35,384 nucleotides of DNA from Asterionella formosa (Eukaryota): NCBI GenBank assembly GCA_002256025.1, contig NKIB01000085.1, positions 1 through 35,384 on the forward strand, in the 5' to 3' direction. The notes below the pieces were generated by a model, which made no database searches, had not been told where the DNA came from, and worked only from the letters and a program-made list of their open reading frames with translations. This document shows positions 32,041 to 35,384 of this stretch, piece after piece. The translations under genes and the position numbers were made by a program. How positions within the stretch are numbered: position 1 is the first letter of the stretch; each line of letters begins with the position of its first letter.

Positions 32041-33324
32041 TTTCTGTTACCTGAGATAAACCCTGCTAAGCATAGCCTTATCTTGATAATTTATAATCAT
32101 CAAGTGAACCTAGTAGTGCTCAATTTGCGTGTACTGGCAGATTCAGCGCGTTGAGCGCATTGTTATTGATCAGTATACTGTACCTTATATTTACCAGTAT
32201 CAGTATACCAGTATACTGTTGGATTGGAATAAAGTAACTGTAACAATAACTGTTGGGACTCCCCAATACCATACTGCCTGACGTTAGTACAAGTATAACT
32301 GGTATACTGCTGGATGCCAAAAAATGGCTCGCAGTTAACTGCAGTATAAAATCACCGACCTATGGTACCAGGTATCAGTCTGACTGGTACCAGGTACCAT
32401 GTACCTGTACCAGCTCCCAGGTGCCTGTACAAGTACCAGTATATAACTGCAAGTGCGTGGTTGACGAAATCTTGCTGAACCAGCTAGCTCCTATTTTCTC
32501 AGCAGATTATCAGTTAAGTTTTTTTAGTTCAAGGTTCCTGTATTTCAACCCTAAGTCAGAAAAATAAAATATTGCTTAGGGTTGCCGAAATTCCCTGGAA
32601 CTAAGAATTTATAGGAGCTATTTTTGAATGACATGATTCCCTGCCTTTGAAATATTCAAATCAGTGGAAATTTGCGCGTACGTTGACCTGTCCCTACTTT
32701 TGTCAATGACTGTACCTGGTACCAGGTATCTAAGCATATGGTAAGGGTGTATATTGGTGAAAGCTCCGTTTAGCGATACACATTTATGTTTTAGTCGTAA
32801 GAAGTGTGTGTCATGTTTGAATACCGGTACTCTGACTCAATATTATATCTTTAACCCTACTACCTCTAATTAAGGGTTGAAATGCAGGAACATTAAGCAA
32901 AATGGCCGCAACTTGCTGGTAGACTACCAGTACCAGGTGCTGCTCCTATGCAAGATGCAGTGTTTCTCCCTCCTGCCTTTTAGTTTAAAGGACCGTTTCT
33001 TTCACAGCAACTCCCTGGTACCAGGTATCAGGTACCAGGGTACCAGTATTCGGGAAATTTTATGGCCACCTTACGGTCCCAAAGATTAAATAGTATGTCA
33101 ATCCATACGTCAAATAACCGATCTCGAGAATTGAAATTTATTTCCTACATGAAAATTAGTAGTCTCGTCCGCAGGAATATCATAGTAAGTAATTATAATG
33201 ATAATTGTCAACACTCAATGCTCCATCATCATCGTTGCTGTTGTTGTTTTAAGGTGATTGGCCTTCACATCGTCCTATCTCCTTTCTCCTCTGCTCTCAC
33301 CACCAGCATCTCTCTATTATCACA

Positions 33325-34620
33325 ATGGCGACTGAAGGACCAACAGAATACTCAACTGAGGAGGAGCATTCCTTTTGCGACCGTATTCAATATTGGATAG
33401 GCGGCCCCATTCAAGTGCACATGCTTCGAAGTGTGCAGATTGCCATTATATTTGCTGCTGGTTGTGAACTTCAACACAGGTTTGCATCTAGGGAGGAGAA
33501 GAAATTTCGAGATATGGCTGAAGCGTATTTTCGAATTCTGGATGAAGACCTTGAGGATGATATGTGTGATACTGCCATAAAAACTCAGCTGCAATATGCA
33601 TGGGGGTCCAAGGATAAGTCGAGCATGACTGACGATACCTTATGGAGAAAGTGGCAGGAGATTAGAAACAAACCTTGCAACAGTATCATTTCTGGTTCAA
33701 ACGTCGCCCAGGAATTGGACAAACTTCCAAGTGGACAAGGTTTGAAGGATGCATATTTCAAATTTGTCTGCAATATTTAGAAGCATAGTTTCCAAAAGAA
33801 GAATCCAATGTGTCAAATCATGATTGATGGAGTTGATCGACCTGGTCAATCAACCAGCAGACTCGAAATCATGGTTGTTCCAAGCCCACCCAATCATTGG
33901 GAATACAGGGATCCAACTTTGTGCTTTTTGCTTACTTTAAAGCTTTTTCGGAAGAATATGCAATTGGTTCCAGATGTGAAAGACAGTGATGTTGTAAATA
34001 TAAGTCGACAAGAGATGCTGCTGGCAGATCGTTAAGAGAAGAGGAATAAGGAGCATGGAAGGAGCAACAAACGAAAGCATCATCATGATGAATATTCATC
34101 ACCAAGCAAACAGAAAACCCCAACCATGATGGATATGTCGATGCTCAATTTTCAAGCAGCACAAACTCGAAAGGGAAAAACTGATGAGATTGTTGCTCAT
34201 CTTGATCTATATGAAAGATTCAAGCACATACTCCCTGAAGACAGACATCATGCAGCTGTTTTGAATTCTTTCGATAATCTGCCTTCCCTACAAACTTATG
34301 ATGTTGAGAGTACAAGTGTTTTGACTGATGAAAGTGATGTCAGTGCAACAAGTGTCTTTGGAAATGAGCTTACTCCAACAAATACAACCCCAATTCCCTC
34401 TTTTGTTCGTAATGATGAGCAAGATAAAGATCAAGGCCCAGGACTTGTTGGAGGCATTTGCACTGACTGCCAAGTCATGAACAGTGAACACTTTTGCATT
34501 GATTGCAACAAATTTGTATGCTCCATTTGCTGTGATGGTTTTCGAAATCTACAGAACATTTGGTGTTGTGGTGCTTGCTTTTCTATGGACAGCTCTGATG
34601 TTCAGGAACTAATTTGGTAA
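33325..34620 (+). pseudogene. Harbinger accessory ORF (Myb/trihelix-like N-half, C-terminal Cys8 finger) with two in-frame stops
   Basis: ORF-track pieces starting at 33325, 33808 and 34126 share one frame, broken by TAG (33778-80) and TAA (34033-35). Contains TLWRKWQEIR and KLPSG motifs. Convergent with the transposase. Confidence 0.7.
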
Positions 34621-34675
34621 CATAAATACTCATGAATATATTTTACTAAGAATATATATAGTTACATAATATATA

Positions 34676-35384
34676 TTAAGCTATCTTACTAACTTGCTTC
34701 TTGTTACATCTTTTACGAAATTCGTCATAATGATCAACAAGTAGTTGAACTCTATTCCACCATTGACTTTGTTTACCCCCAGCCACTGTTTCATTCAAGA
34801 AGTTGCGGTGTGAAATAACATGCAATTCCATGCAGTCACCTCGCACAGTATGCACAATATGCTGTGTGTCAGAACTTTCACAGTCAAGGTAACCATCGCT
34901 TTCTAATAGAATGTTATGGAGCATACAGCATGATGTGAACGCATTTTCAATATGCTCAGGTCGAGACAAGTTGTTCCAGTTCTTAAGAAATAACCATTGA
35001 CTTTTCAATATACCAAAAGTACATTCAATATCTTTTCGAACTGACTCCACCATCATACCCCCTGCCCTTTCTTTTCCATGTTCATTGCCGTAAAATTGGA
35101 CAAATCAACACTGGCCATCGTAGGTAGTACCCTCCATCACAAATGAAATAGTAGCCTTTACAAGTAATATAAGACTCAACAGTGAGCACATTCCACTCTT
35201 GCCTGCCAAGAAACGAATTTCTATTGTGTAGATTGGAAACAGCTGCATCAAACTTGTCTATGTGTTTGTCATTTCTTGTTCCTGGTTGTAGGTAGCTGAT
35301 TGATAAAATCTTTCTTCTGTGATCAGAAACCACCTCAAAAACAACTGAAGGATACCCCTTGGAACCTTTAAATATATTCTTCTG
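34676..35384 (-). pseudogene. PIF/Harbinger transposase, frameshifted, 5' part beyond window end
   Basis: FKGSKGYPSVVFEVVSDHRRKI, NDKHIDKFD, YFICDGGY, VESVRKDIECTFGILK..W and CCMLHNILLESDG. Frameshift/deletion near 35060-35085. Confidence 0.9.

Noticed and set aside
33778..34035. Stop-codon reassignment or readthrough in the Harbinger accessory ORF
   Set aside because: TAA, TAG and TGA all terminate intact genes in this window, and the partner transposase is also broken, so simple decay explains the stops.

Overview
Eukaryotic nuclear DNA, most likely a diatom or related stramenopile (inferred from short GT-AG introns, CoDi-type Ty1/copia relics, Pangu/Harbinger-type DNA transposons and CpG-decayed repeats). 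The left ~20.5 kb is gene-dense and holds nine intact-looking housekeeping genes: H2A.Z (ATG-only first exon), TAF12 (long low-complexity N-terminus), RPSA/uS2, bystin, a signal-peptide chalcone-isomerase-fold protein, a probable NOL11/Utp8 orthologue, a small HSP, a Rad60/Esc2/NIP45-type protein with two SUMO-like domains, and a Ubc6/UBE2J E2. Decayed repeat DNA lies between them. The right ~15 kb is a nested transposon graveyard: a copia 3' end with PPT and LTR; a TIR-bounded Harbinger/Pangu element with a deleted transposase but an intact Myb-like ORF; a copia gag-protease interrupted by a TA-flanked Tc2/pogo-like element; two unrelated ~190-bp tandem arrays; and a second Harbinger whose accessory ORF ends in a Cys8 finger. 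One CpG-rich orphan ORF sits among these relics. The most unexplained signal is a recurring patchwork of overlapping palindromes (GGTACC, TACC(A/T)GGTA, TACCGGTA) in gene flanks and at element junctions. All assignments come from motif recognition by eye; no searches were run.
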